From assembly GCA_051000335.1 (NCBI GenBank), contig JBPCOK010000090.1, forward strand, positions 1 through 41,794: DNA of 41,794 nucleotides, given 5' to 3'. The first letter of the stretch is position 1. Each line of letters begins with the position of its first letter. The notes below the pieces were generated by a model, which saw only the letters and a program-made list of their open reading frames with translations, did not search any database and was not told the origin of the DNA. Position numbers and translations under genes: made by a program. The stretch comes from Candidatus Limnocylindria bacterium. GTDB taxonomy: Bacteria; Chloroflexota; Limnocylindria; QHBO01. Positions 27,033 through 36,167 of the stretch are shown one piece after another.

Positions 27033-27449
27033 TCAGCGCCGCTCGCGCCCCTCCTCGATCCAGCCGCGGTCGCGAGCCACGGGCGGGGCCTCGCCACCGG
27101 TGGCGTCTCGGGCGAACCACGCCCCGAGTCGACCGGGGCCGATGGCGATCACGGCGCACAGGGCGATCATGGCGAGCGGCGCGATCAACGCTTCGCCGCG
27201 TGCAGCCGGCAGGACCATGACCCAGATCGCCAGTCCGATCCAGGCCGCGATACGAACCGAGCCCCGGACCATCGCGATCACCATCAGCCCCGCCGGGACG
27301 GCAAGCAGCACGGTCGGCTCGTCCGACGCGAGTCCGATGATGGCAAGCATGCCGCCCGCCGCGGCCGTCAGGAAGAGGACCAGCCGCACACCGCCGCGCG
27401 CCTCCTCGGAATCCGGCCACTCCGACGGACGCGTTCGAGCCGATGCCAT
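27033..27449 (-). CDS. Hypothetical membrane protein
   Basis: About 4 hydrophobic segments; TACACT upstream of the start. Confidence 0.6.
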   Translation of the reverse strand: MASARTRPSEWPDSEEARGGVRLVLFLTAAAGGMLAIIGLASDEPTVLLAVPAGLMVIAMVRGSVRIAAWIGLAIWVMVLPAARGEALIAPLAMIALCAVIAIGPGRLGAWFARDATGGEAPPVARDRGWIEEGRERR

Positions 27450-27543
27450 GACGGGACAAGTGTACGCCCTGATGTCCCGGTTGCCGCGTGTGGTGTAATC
27501 GGCGTTCCCGGGACAGCATCAGCGGAGGATCAGCACGAGCCTG

Positions 27544-28878
27544 ATGGCGATCGAGACCGAGCGCAGCACGATGACCGGCGACGAGATGGTCGCCCTGACG
27601 AAGCGCCACACCCTGTTCGAATGGTCCGCACAGTCCAAGGTGGACCCGATTCCGGTGGCGGGTGCGAAGGGCGTGTACTTCTGGACCCCCGAGGGCAAGC
27701 GGTTCCTCGACTTCAACAGCCAGCTGATGTGCACGAACATCGGCCATGGCCATCCGCACGTGGTCGCGGCCATCAAGCGCCAGGCGGAGACGCTGGCCTA
27801 TGCGAACCCGTTCATGGCCACCGAACCCCGCGCCCGCCTGGGCCAGAAGCTGGCCGAGCTGACGCCCGGTGACATCGACACGTTCTTCTTCACGAACGGC
27901 GGTGCCGAGGCCAACGAGAACGCGATCAAGGTCGCGCGCCTCGTGACCGGGCGACACAAGATCCTTGCCCGATACCGCAGCTACCACGGCGGCACCGCGG
28001 GAGCGATGACCCTGACCGGCGATCCGCGCCGCTGGGCGAACGAGCCGGGCATTCCCGGCGTGGTTCGCGTCATGGACCCGTACCACGGCATCCAGCGCGG
28101 CTGGGACACGGCCGATGAGGCGCTCACCCATCTCGAGGAGACGATCCAGCTCGAGGGTCCGAACACGATCGCGGCGTTCATCCTCGAGACGGTGACCGGC
28201 ACGAACGGGATCCTCGTGCCGCCGGACGGCTACATCGCGGGCGTGCGCGAGATCTGCGACCGCTACGGGATCCTCATGATCGCCGACGAGGTGATGGCCG
28301 GCTTCGGACGGACCGGGAAGTGGTTTGCGATCGACCACTGGAACGTGGTGCCCGACCTGATCACCATGGCCAAGGGTCTGACCAGCGCGTACGTGCAGCT
28401 CGGCGCGCTCGGCATGCGCCGCAAGTACGCCGAGCACTTCGACGCCAACGTCTTCTACGGCGGGCTGACCTACAACTCGCATCCGCTGGCCTGCGCCACG
28501 GCGCTCGCCACGATCGAGGTCTACGAGAACGAGAACCTCATCGAGCGGGCGGCGCAGATGGGCGAGACCCTCAAGCGCCACCATGCCGATCTAGCGGCGA
28601 AGCACCCGAGCGTGGGAGCGACCCGCAGCATCGGCCTGTTCGGCATCGTGGAGCTCGTCCGCAACCGGGAGACGATGGAGCCGATGGCCCCGTTCAACGG
28701 CACGAGCGATGAGATGGCGGCACTGGGAAAGCGCTTCCGCGAGGAGGGGCTCTACACCTTCGTGCGCTGGAACTCGTTCTTCACGAACCCGCCGCTGATC
28801 ATCAGCGAGGAGGAGCTGGCCGAAGGGTTCGCGATCATCGATCGCGCACTCGAGATCACCGATGCCGCAGCCGCCTGA
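27544..28878 (+). CDS. Class-III omega-aminotransferase (beta-alanine/taurine:pyruvate type)
   Basis: LDFNSQLMCTNIGHGHP, GGAEANENA, SYHG, ADEVMAGFGRTG, MAKGLT (PLP Lys), GLTYNSHP. Confidence 0.9.
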   Translation: MAIETERSTMTGDEMVALTKRHTLFEWSAQSKVDPIPVAGAKGVYFWTPEGKRFLDFNSQLMCTNIGHGHPHVVAAIKRQAETLAYANPFMATEPRARLGQKLAELTPGDIDTFFFTNGGAEANENAIKVARLVTGRHKILARYRSYHGGTAGAMTLTGDPRRWANEPGIPGVVRVMDPYHGIQRGWDTADEALTHLEETIQLEGPNTIAAFILETVTGTNGILVPPDGYIAGVREICDRYGILMIADEVMAGFGRTGKWFAIDHWNVVPDLITMAKGLTSAYVQLGALGMRRKYAEHFDANVFYGGLTYNSHPLACATALATIEVYENENLIERAAQMGETLKRHHADLAAKHPSVGATRSIGLFGIVELVRNRETMEPMAPFNGTSDEMAALGKRFREEGLYTFVRWNSFFTNPPLIISEEELAEGFAIIDRALEITDAAAA

Positions 28879-29734
28879 GCGCGGCTGGCTCCGGCGCGTC
28901 GCGATCTTCGTCGCCTTCGCGGCGCTGATCCTCGCCGCGTGGGAGGGCGTGAAGTTCATCGGCGGCGACCCGTGGCGGACCGAGACCTGGACTTGGGTCC
29001 CACCGCTCGACATCTGGTTCGCCTCGGACCTGCTGCTCCCCCACACGTGGGACATCTTCGGCGCGCTCGCCGCCCCGGTGCAGCGCGGCTCTGATGCGTC
29101 GCTCGCCCAGTTCCTGCTCGGCGCGGCGGCATACACCTGGCGTGAGGCCGCGATCGGCTTCGTGGTCGGGGCCATCATCGGCATCAGCCTGGCGGCGGCC
29201 TTCGTGCACTCGACGCTGCTCGAGCGGGCATTCGTCCCATACGTCATCGCCAGCCAGACGATCCCGATCGTGGCGCTGGCGCCGATGATCGTGTTCGCCT
29301 TCGGTCCCGACGTGCTCAGCGTCGTCATCATCGCGACGTACCTGACGTTCTTCCCGGTGACCATCGCCATGATCCGGGGACTGCGCTCACCGGATCCGCG
29401 TGCGCTCGAGCTCATGCGCTCGTACGCTGCCAGCCGGCGCAGCATCTTCTGGAAGCTGCGCATGCCGGCGTCGCTCCCCTACCTGTTCACGGCGCTCAAG
29501 GTCAGCGCCACGGCCAGCATCGTCGGCGCCATCGTCGGTGAGGGACCCGGGCAGATCCGCGACGGCCTGGGCCGCGCCATCATCAACTTCAACAACCAGT
29601 ACATCAGCGGACCGGAGAAGCTGTGGGCCACGATCATCGCCTGTGCGCTGCTCGGCATCATCTTCTTCGGGCTGATCCGCATCGCGGAGCTGATCACGCT
29701 GCGCGGTCGCGGTGCCGTGCCGGACGCCGCGTGA
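28862..29734 (+). CDS. NitT/TauT-type ABC transporter permease
   Basis: SQTIPIVALAP, FFPVTI..RGLRS, KLRMPASLPYLFTALK, GAIVGE. Confidence 0.9.
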   Translation: MPQPPERGWLRRVAIFVAFAALILAAWEGVKFIGGDPWRTETWTWVPPLDIWFASDLLLPHTWDIFGALAAPVQRGSDASLAQFLLGAAAYTWREAAIGFVVGAIIGISLAAAFVHSTLLERAFVPYVIASQTIPIVALAPMIVFAFGPDVLSVVIIATYLTFFPVTIAMIRGLRSPDPRALELMRSYAASRRSIFWKLRMPASLPYLFTALKVSATASIVGAIVGEGPGQIRDGLGRAIINFNNQYISGPEKLWATIIACALLGIIFFGLIRIAELITLRGRGAVPDAA

Positions 29735-29744
29735 GGAGCGATCG

Positions 29745-30578
29745 ATGACCGACGCCCAGGCCCCCGTCGTCCGGATCACCGGGCTCGACAAGCAGTTCAA
29801 CACCGGTGACCAGGTGGTCACCACGGCCCTGTCCGGGATCGACCTCAGCATCGCGCAGGGCGAGTTCGTGAGTCTCATCGGGCCGTCGGGCTGCGGCAAG
29901 AGCACGCTGCTGCGGCTCATCGGCGACCTGACCGCACCGACGGCCGGAAGCGTCGAGGTCAACGGCAAGCCGTCGCACGCCGCGCGCATGGGGCGCGAGT
30001 ACGGGATGGTGTTCCAGGCCCCGGTGCTGTTCGAGTGGCGCAACGTCGAGGAGAATGTGAAGCTGCCGCTCGAGATCCTCGACATGAGCAGGGCGCAACG
30101 TGACGAGCGTGCGAAGGAGATGCTGGCCCTGGTGGAGCTGAGCGACTTCGCGGGGCACCACCCCTACCAGCTGTCGGGCGGCATGCAGCAGCGCGTCGCC
30201 ATTGCCCGCGCCCTGGCGCTCCAGCCGGCCATCCTGCTCATGGACGAGCCGTTCGGCGCGCTCGACGAGATGACCCGCGAACGGATGAACTCCGAGGTGC
30301 TGCGCATCTGGCAGCAGACCGGAACGACGGTCGTGTTCGTGACGCACTCGATCCCCGAGGCGGTCTTCCTGTCGACCCGGGTCGTGGTCATGAGCGCGCG
30401 ACCGGGGCGCATCACGCGCGTCGTGGACGTTCCGCTGCCGCAGCCACGCAACGACGAGACCCGCGAGGATTCGCGCTACTTCCAGGTCGTGACGGAGGTT
30501 CGCGAGGCGCTGCGTGCCGGGGAAGGGAGCGCATCAGCGTCGGAGGCGCGTCTGGCGGCGGAAGGCGGGATCGGGTGA
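29745..30578 (+). CDS. NitT/TauT-type ABC ATP-binding protein
   Basis: GPSGCGKS, LSGGMQQR, LLMDEPFGALD, VTHS. SD GAGGAG. Confidence 0.95.
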   Translation: MTDAQAPVVRITGLDKQFNTGDQVVTTALSGIDLSIAQGEFVSLIGPSGCGKSTLLRLIGDLTAPTAGSVEVNGKPSHAARMGREYGMVFQAPVLFEWRNVEENVKLPLEILDMSRAQRDERAKEMLALVELSDFAGHHPYQLSGGMQQRVAIARALALQPAILLMDEPFGALDEMTRERMNSEVLRIWQQTGTTVVFVTHSIPEAVFLSTRVVVMSARPGRITRVVDVPLPQPRNDETREDSRYFQVVTEVREALRAGEGSASASEARLAAEGGIG

Positions 30579-31405
30579 CGGCCGCCACCACATCCCTCGG
30601 CCGCCCGGCCCGCCTGGGGCGGTCCCTTGGTCGGAACCTGCCTGCTCTCGCCGTGGGCGTCGGGACCATCGGGATCTGGGAGCTCCTCATCCGGGTTCTC
30701 GACGTCCGCGCATTCATCCTGCCCGCGCCGTCCGCCATCGGCGCGGCCCTCGTCGACAACTGGGGCGCCGGTCGGTGGCCGCTGTTCGACTCGGCCATCG
30801 CGACGCTGACCGAGGCCGTCGGTGGACTCGTCATCGGCACCGTGGTCGGCATCGCGATCGCCTTCGCGGTCGCCCGCTGGGCGAATGCGCGGGATGCGGT
30901 CCTGCCCTTCGCGGTGGCGGCGAACGCCATCCCCATCATCGCCATCGCGCCCATCTTCAACGCCTGGTTCGGGGTCACGAACCCGGTCTCGAAGATGATG
31001 ATCGCCGCGCTGCTCGTCTTCTTCCCGGTGATGATCAACGTGACCCGCGGGCTGACCTCGGTCGAGCCGTCGGCCCTGGAGCTCATGCGATCGTATGCCG
31101 CGTCCGAATGGACGATCCTCCGCAAGCTGCGGCTGCCGAACGCGCTCCCCTTCTTCCTGACGGCGCTCAAGGTCGCCACGACGCTGAGCCTCATCGGCGC
31201 GATCGTGGGCGAGTACTTCGGCGGGTCGTCGACCGTCATCGGGCGCGTGGTCGTGCAGTCGGCCTCGGCGCTGCGCTTCGACGTGACGTGGGCCGCGATC
31301 CTGCTCGCCGCCGTGACCGGCATCACCTTCTACCTGGTGATCGTCGCGCTGGAGCGCGCCCTCATCCCCTGGCACGCCTCCGTGAGAAGCCAGGAACCGG
31401 GCTGA
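30575..31405 (+). CDS. NitT/TauT-type ABC transporter permease
   Basis: FILPAPS, AIPIIAIAP, FFPV, LRLPNALPFFLTALK, GAIVGEY. Confidence 0.9.
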   Translation: MTAATTSLGRPARLGRSLGRNLPALAVGVGTIGIWELLIRVLDVRAFILPAPSAIGAALVDNWGAGRWPLFDSAIATLTEAVGGLVIGTVVGIAIAFAVARWANARDAVLPFAVAANAIPIIAIAPIFNAWFGVTNPVSKMMIAALLVFFPVMINVTRGLTSVEPSALELMRSYAASEWTILRKLRLPNALPFFLTALKVATTLSLIGAIVGEYFGGSSTVIGRVVVQSASALRFDVTWAAILLAAVTGITFYLVIVALERALIPWHASVRSQEPG

Positions 31406-31434
31406 CAGGCGAACGCTCGTGCGACCATGGGCAG

Positions 31435-31466
31435 GTCACACGATCGTCACAAGGGTTTCCTAGGCT
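31435..31466 (+). promoter_or_regulatory. OmpR/PhoB-type tandem direct repeat plus -10 box
   Basis: GTCACA-cgatc-GTCACA (11-bp period) at 31435-31451, TAGGCT at 31461-31466, ATG 7 nt later. Confidence 0.55.
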
Positions 31467-31473
31467 CCAAAGC

Positions 31474-32118
31474 ATGAACCGACCCATGTCCATTCTCACC
31501 GTCCTCGCCCTCGCGATCCTGACCGCCTGCACGGGGACGGCCACCACGACGGACCCGGCGTCCTCGAGCCCCGCCCACTCCCCCACGGAGGTGGCCGCGA
31601 CCCCCAGTCCCGATCCGGTGACCCCCGGGGCCAGCGCCAGCCAGTCCGACCCCTCACCCACGGCCTCCGAAACGGCGCAGACCGATGCGCTGCTGGCAGT
31701 CACGCTGACCGACGTTCGCAGCGGCGAGTCGTTCACGCTCGGCGAGCTCGCGGCTGCCGAGGGCCGCGTCCTGCTCGAGCCCATGGCGGTCTGGTGCAGC
31801 AGCTGCCGAGCGCAGCAGCACGAGGTCATCGGCGCACACGACCTGGCCGATTTCGCGTCGGTGTCGCTGGACGTCGACCTCTCCGAGGCTCCGGCCGACC
31901 TCGCCGCCTATGCGGATCGCGAGGGCTTCGACTGGACCTTTGCCATGGCCGATGCCAGCCTCTATCGCCTCCTCCAGGACCGCTTCGGCGTCGCAGCGAC
32001 GAATCCACCGAGCACGCCGCTCATCGTGATCGAGGCTGACGGCACGCTGCGTCCGCTCGAGTTCGGGCGTGGCGTCCGCAGTGCCAGCGACGTCGTCGCC
32101 GAGCTCGAAGCCGGCTGA
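31474..32118 (+). CDS. Thioredoxin-fold (TlpA/ResA-like) lipoprotein
   Basis: Lipobox LTAC, Pro/Ser/Thr linker, MAVWCSSC (CxxC), PSTPLIVI. Confidence 0.8.
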   Translation: MNRPMSILTVLALAILTACTGTATTTDPASSSPAHSPTEVAATPSPDPVTPGASASQSDPSPTASETAQTDALLAVTLTDVRSGESFTLGELAAAEGRVLLEPMAVWCSSCRAQQHEVIGAHDLADFASVSLDVDLSEAPADLAAYADREGFDWTFAMADASLYRLLQDRFGVAATNPPSTPLIVIEADGTLRPLEFGRGVRSASDVVAELEAG

Positions 32119-32122
32119 GCCG

Positions 32123-32818
32123 ATGGGCGAGCTGCTGATCGCGGTCAGCGCGGGGATCGGTGCCACGATCACGCCCTGCGTCCTGCCGCTGTACCCCGGG
32201 TTCCTCGCGTACCTGACCGCCCCGGCGACCGTTGCGGTCGGCGCGGACGGATCGGCGGTCGCCCAGCGCCGCCCGCCGCCGGCCGTGGCCGCGGTCCTCG
32301 TGTGGCTCGGGGTGGTGGTGGGCATGGTCGCCATCGGCGGCCTCCTCGCCCTGCTGTCCGTCAGCCTCGGCGGCGTGCTGCGCATCGCGGTTCCGGTCAT
32401 CGACCTCGTCCTCATCGGCCTCGGGGTCCTGCTCCTGTTGGGCAGGAATCCGTTTGCGCGGCTGCCGCAGGCGTCGCCGCGTGGCCTTGGCAACGCCGGT
32501 CCGCTGGCGGGATCCTTTCTCTATGGCCTCCTCTTCGCACCGATTGCTCTTCCGTGCTCGGGCCCGTTCCTCATCGGCATCTTCGTCGCGTCACTGACGA
32601 TCGGAGATGCCGCGCGGCAGCTCGCCTTCTTCGGTGCATTCGGCGTCGGGTTCGGGCTCCCGCTCCTCGCCCTCGGCCTGGTCGGGCAGGCGCGGGCGCG
32701 CGGCCTGGCCAGCGCGGTGATCCGCTGGGAGCGGCCGCTGCAGCTGGTCATGGGGGTGCTGCTCATCGGCATCGGCGCTTGGGACCTGTGGGTGAACCTG
32801 CCGCAGGTGCTGGCGTGA
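32123..32818 (+). CDS. ccdA: CcdA / DsbD transmembrane-domain protein
   Basis: ITPCVLPLYP and ALPCSGP Cys motifs, 6 TM, FGVGFGLP. Confidence 0.85.
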   Translation: MGELLIAVSAGIGATITPCVLPLYPGFLAYLTAPATVAVGADGSAVAQRRPPPAVAAVLVWLGVVVGMVAIGGLLALLSVSLGGVLRIAVPVIDLVLIGLGVLLLLGRNPFARLPQASPRGLGNAGPLAGSFLYGLLFAPIALPCSGPFLIGIFVASLTIGDAARQLAFFGAFGVGFGLPLLALGLVGQARARGLASAVIRWERPLQLVMGVLLIGIGAWDLWVNLPQVLA

Positions 32819-32847
32819 TCCCAGGACCGCTGGGAGGACCCCGCACA

Positions 32848-33582
32848 GTGGCCGGCGTGCGCCGCCCGTCGTCGTCCTCCGTCCTGATCGTGGATGACGA
32901 TCCGAAGATCCGCGAGCTGCTGCGGCTGTACCTGACCCGCGATGGCTATCGCGTCCTCGAGGCGGAGGACGGGCCGAGCGCGCTCGAGATCGCGGGCGAG
33001 CGGGAATGCGACCTCGTCCTGCTCGACGTCATGCTGCCCGGCATCGACGGTCTCGAGGTCTGCCGGCGGCTGCGGGACGAGACGGACACGCCGATCATCC
33101 TGCTCACCGCGCGCAGCGGCGACTCGGACAAGGTCGTCGGCCTGGACCTCGGCGCCGATGACTACATCGTGAAGCCATTCAGCCCGCGCGAGCTCATGGC
33201 ACGCGTCCGCGCCCAACTGCGGCGCCACCGTTCGACGCCCGACTCGGAGCCCGTGCTGGCGGCGGACGAGCTGGTGATCGATCCGGGTGGAATGCGGGTC
33301 GACCACGCGGGACAGGAGGTCCCAGTGACCGCCTCCGAGTTCCGGCTCCTCTACGCGCTGATGTCGCACCCGCTGCGCGTCTTCACGCGCGACGAGCTCA
33401 TCGGGGCCATGCACGGGGACCACGATCCGGGGATCATCGACCGCACCATCGACGTCCACCTCGGACGGCTCCGCACGAAGCTCGGGGACCGGGCCGGCCG
33501 CCCGCAGTACATCGGCACCGTGCGGTCGGTCGGTTACCGGTTCCTCCAGCCCGTCACGAAGCGCGCGCCGGCGTCCCGATGA
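32848..33582 (+). CDS. OmpR-family response regulator
   Basis: VLIVDDD, LLDVMLP, LLTAR, GADDYIVKPFSPREL, DRTIDVHLGRLR, TVRSVGYRF. Start is 32848 or 32857. Confidence 0.93.
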   Translation: MAGVRRPSSSSVLIVDDDPKIRELLRLYLTRDGYRVLEAEDGPSALEIAGERECDLVLLDVMLPGIDGLEVCRRLRDETDTPIILLTARSGDSDKVVGLDLGADDYIVKPFSPRELMARVRAQLRRHRSTPDSEPVLAADELVIDPGGMRVDHAGQEVPVTASEFRLLYALMSHPLRVFTRDELIGAMHGDHDPGIIDRTIDVHLGRLRTKLGDRAGRPQYIGTVRSVGYRFLQPVTKRAPASR

Positions 33583-34646
33583 GCACGCTGCGCGTTCAGC
33601 TGATCCTGGCGATGGTCGCCACCTCGCTCATCGCGGCCGCGGTGGTCCTCGCGTCTGTCCGCTGGTTCAGCACCGAGCAGATCATGCACCTGCTGATGGA
33701 AGGTGCGACCTCGGAGGCCGAGGCGCGGGCCATGGTCGACGAGAACATTGCCCGCGTGGTGGCGATCGGCGCCGTGGCCGGCGTGGTGCTGGGCGGCGTG
33801 ACCGCGTGGTGGCTGGCGCGTCGCGTGCTTCGACCCCTTGCCCGCCTCACCGCGGCCACACGCATGGTGACCGCCGGCGACCTCGCCGCGCGCGTGCCCG
33901 AGCCGTCGGACCGCGAGCTGGGGGAGCTGGCCCATGCGTTCAACCAGATGACGGCGACGCTGGAGCGTGCCGAGGAGCTGCGCACCGCCCTCGTCGCCGA
34001 CGTGGCGCACGAGCTGCGCACGCCGCTCACCGTCCTGCGCGGCTACACGGAGGCCCTTGCCGATGGGGTCGTCGAGCCGTCCGAGGAGATGCTGCGCACC
34101 GTCCACGCCGAGATCGAACGGCTGACGCGGCTGGTCGAGGCACTCGACCAGCTGGCCCGCAACGAGGAGCAGACGCGTGAGCGGGCGCGCATCGAGATCG
34201 ATCTGGGTGACCTCGTGCGACGGGCACTGTCCCTCGCCACCCCCGAGCTCGCCCACCGCTCGATCAGCGTCCGCTTCGACGAGGGCCCGAACCTGCCGAC
34301 GCTCGTCGCCGATCCGGACGGGATCGGCCAGGTCATCGGCAACCTCGTCCAGAATGCCGCGCGCTACACCACGGACGGCGGGGATATCGAGGTTCGACTG
34401 CGCGCCGACGAGGACGGCGTTCGATGCGCCGTGACGAACACCGGAGCAGAGATCCCCGCCGACGAGCTCCCGCTCATCTGGGAGCGGTTCCATCGGGTGG
34501 ACCCGTCGCGAACGCGGGCGACCGGCGGAGCCGGCATCGGCCTGGCCATCGTCCGCCAGATCGTCGAGTCCCATGGCGGCAGCGTGGGAGCCGAGTCGGG
34601 CGGTGGGCGGACCGAGGTCTGGTTCCAGCTGCCCGCGGCCGTCTGA
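33579..34646 (+). CDS. HAMP sensor histidine kinase (BaeS-like)
   Basis: 2 TM, HAMP, VAHELRTPL, NLVQNAARY, ERFHR, GAGIGLAI. Confidence 0.93.
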   Translation: MSTLRVQLILAMVATSLIAAAVVLASVRWFSTEQIMHLLMEGATSEAEARAMVDENIARVVAIGAVAGVVLGGVTAWWLARRVLRPLARLTAATRMVTAGDLAARVPEPSDRELGELAHAFNQMTATLERAEELRTALVADVAHELRTPLTVLRGYTEALADGVVEPSEEMLRTVHAEIERLTRLVEALDQLARNEEQTRERARIEIDLGDLVRRALSLATPELAHRSISVRFDEGPNLPTLVADPDGIGQVIGNLVQNAARYTTDGGDIEVRLRADEDGVRCAVTNTGAEIPADELPLIWERFHRVDPSRTRATGGAGIGLAIVRQIVESHGGSVGAESGGGRTEVWFQLPAAV

Positions 34647-34777
34647 GCTGACCCGGCTCGCACACATTCAGGCACTTCGTGTGGATAAACCCCTAGCAGC
34701 GGGCGAAGCAGGTCCGTAGAATCCGCCAATCCACACCGGATGATTCCGACGCACCGACACACGAGGAGCCCGAGCGC

Positions 34778-35896
34778 ATGAAGCGATCCCGAACCTGGTT
34801 GAGCGTCGCGGTGAGCGCGACCCTTCTCCTCGCGGCCTGCGGCACGCAGACCGGCGAATCCACCGCCCCGAGCCAGGGCGGTGACGGCGAGGCCGCATCC
34901 GTCCAGCTCCAGCTGCAATGGGCGCCCCAGGCCCAGTTCGCCGGCTACTTCGCCGCCGTGGAACAGGGCTATTACGAAGACGAGAACCTGGACGTCGAGA
35001 TCCTCGACGGCGGACCGGACGTCGTTCCGCAGCAGGTCGGATCCGCGCCGGATGGCCCGGAGTTCACGATCAGCTGGGTGCCGAAGGTGCTCGAAGCCCG
35101 CGCCAGCGACTCCGACCTCGTGAACATCGCCCAGATCTTCCAGCGCTCCGGCACGCTGTCGGTGGCATGGGCCGATTCGGGCATTACCTCGCCGGCCGAC
35201 TTCGAGGACAAGCGCGTCGGGGTCTGGGACTTCGGCAACGAGTTCGAGGTCACGGCGGCCGCCGCGGCCGAGGGCCTCGAGGAGGGCGTCGACTACGAGA
35301 AGGTCATCCAGCCGTTCGACATGACGCTGCTGCTCACGGAGCAGATCGACGTCGCCGAGGCAATGATCTACAACGAGTACGCCCAGGTCCTCGAGGCCGA
35401 AAATCCCGACACCGGCGAGCTGTACCAGCCAGATGACCTGACCGTCATCGACTACAACGAGGTCGGGACGGCCATGCTTCAGGACGCGATCTTCGCGCGG
35501 TCCTCGTGGCTTGCCGAGGACGGCAACGAGGATATCGCCGAGCGATTCCTGCGCGCCAGCTTCCGCGGCTGGATCTACTGCCGGGACAACCCGGAGGACT
35601 GCATCGGCTACACGGTCAGCGCCGGCTCGACGCTCGGCGCTGGACACCAGGCTTGGATGATGAACGAGATCAACCCGCTGATCTGGCCATCACCCGACGG
35701 GATCGGGATCCTGGATTCCGACCAGTGGCAGCAGACGGTCGACATCAGCCTCGAGTCGGGCATCATCACCGATGCTCCGTCCGATGACGCGTTCCGGACC
35801 GACCTCGCGCAGGCGGCCCTCGACGGCATCGAGGAGGATGCGACCGGCGACGGGTTCACGAAGGGCTCGGTCGAGGTCACGCCCGGCGGGGAGTAG
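34778..35896 (+). CDS. NMT1/THI5-like ABC substrate-binding lipoprotein
   Basis: Lipobox LAAC, LQLQWAPQAQFAGYFAA, AQIFQRSG, AMIYNE. SD GAGGAG. Confidence 0.9.
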   Translation: MKRSRTWLSVAVSATLLLAACGTQTGESTAPSQGGDGEAASVQLQLQWAPQAQFAGYFAAVEQGYYEDENLDVEILDGGPDVVPQQVGSAPDGPEFTISWVPKVLEARASDSDLVNIAQIFQRSGTLSVAWADSGITSPADFEDKRVGVWDFGNEFEVTAAAAAEGLEEGVDYEKVIQPFDMTLLLTEQIDVAEAMIYNEYAQVLEAENPDTGELYQPDDLTVIDYNEVGTAMLQDAIFARSSWLAEDGNEDIAERFLRASFRGWIYCRDNPEDCIGYTVSAGSTLGAGHQAWMMNEINPLIWPSPDGIGILDSDQWQQTVDISLESGIITDAPSDDAFRTDLAQAALDGIEEDATGDGFTKGSVEVTPGGE

Positions 35897-35919
35897 CCTC
35901 GGTCTCGCTCTCGCGCCAC

Positions 35920-35956
35920 AGATCCCGCTCCGATCCGTCGGGGCGGGATCTTTCAT
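35920..35956 (+). terminator. Intrinsic terminator
   Basis: AGATCCCGCTCCGA-tccg-TCGGGGCGGGATCT followed by TTCAT, just after the SBP stop. Confidence 0.75.
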
Positions 35957-36167
35957 ACGCCCCGGGGTTTGGACGATAGATCGTGGAATTCGCGCGGATC
36001 CGTGCGTTGAGCGCCTGTCGGATCATTCATCGGCCAGATGATGGCCGGGAAGGGCTCGCCGCGCGCCACGTAGGCACAACTGGGCCGATGAGTCGGTGAA
36101 GGAGCGACCGGATGGCGCTCCAGACCGATTCAGCCGATCGATCGCAGAACCACCCGGATGCGTCGAA

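Noticed and set aside
34647-34777. Possible riboswitch (TPP or NMT1/xanthine) upstream of the NMT1-like SBP
   Set aside because: No recognisable consensus. A -10-like TAGAAT leaves only a short leader, and the GTGTGGAT...ATCCACAC repeat alone is insufficient.
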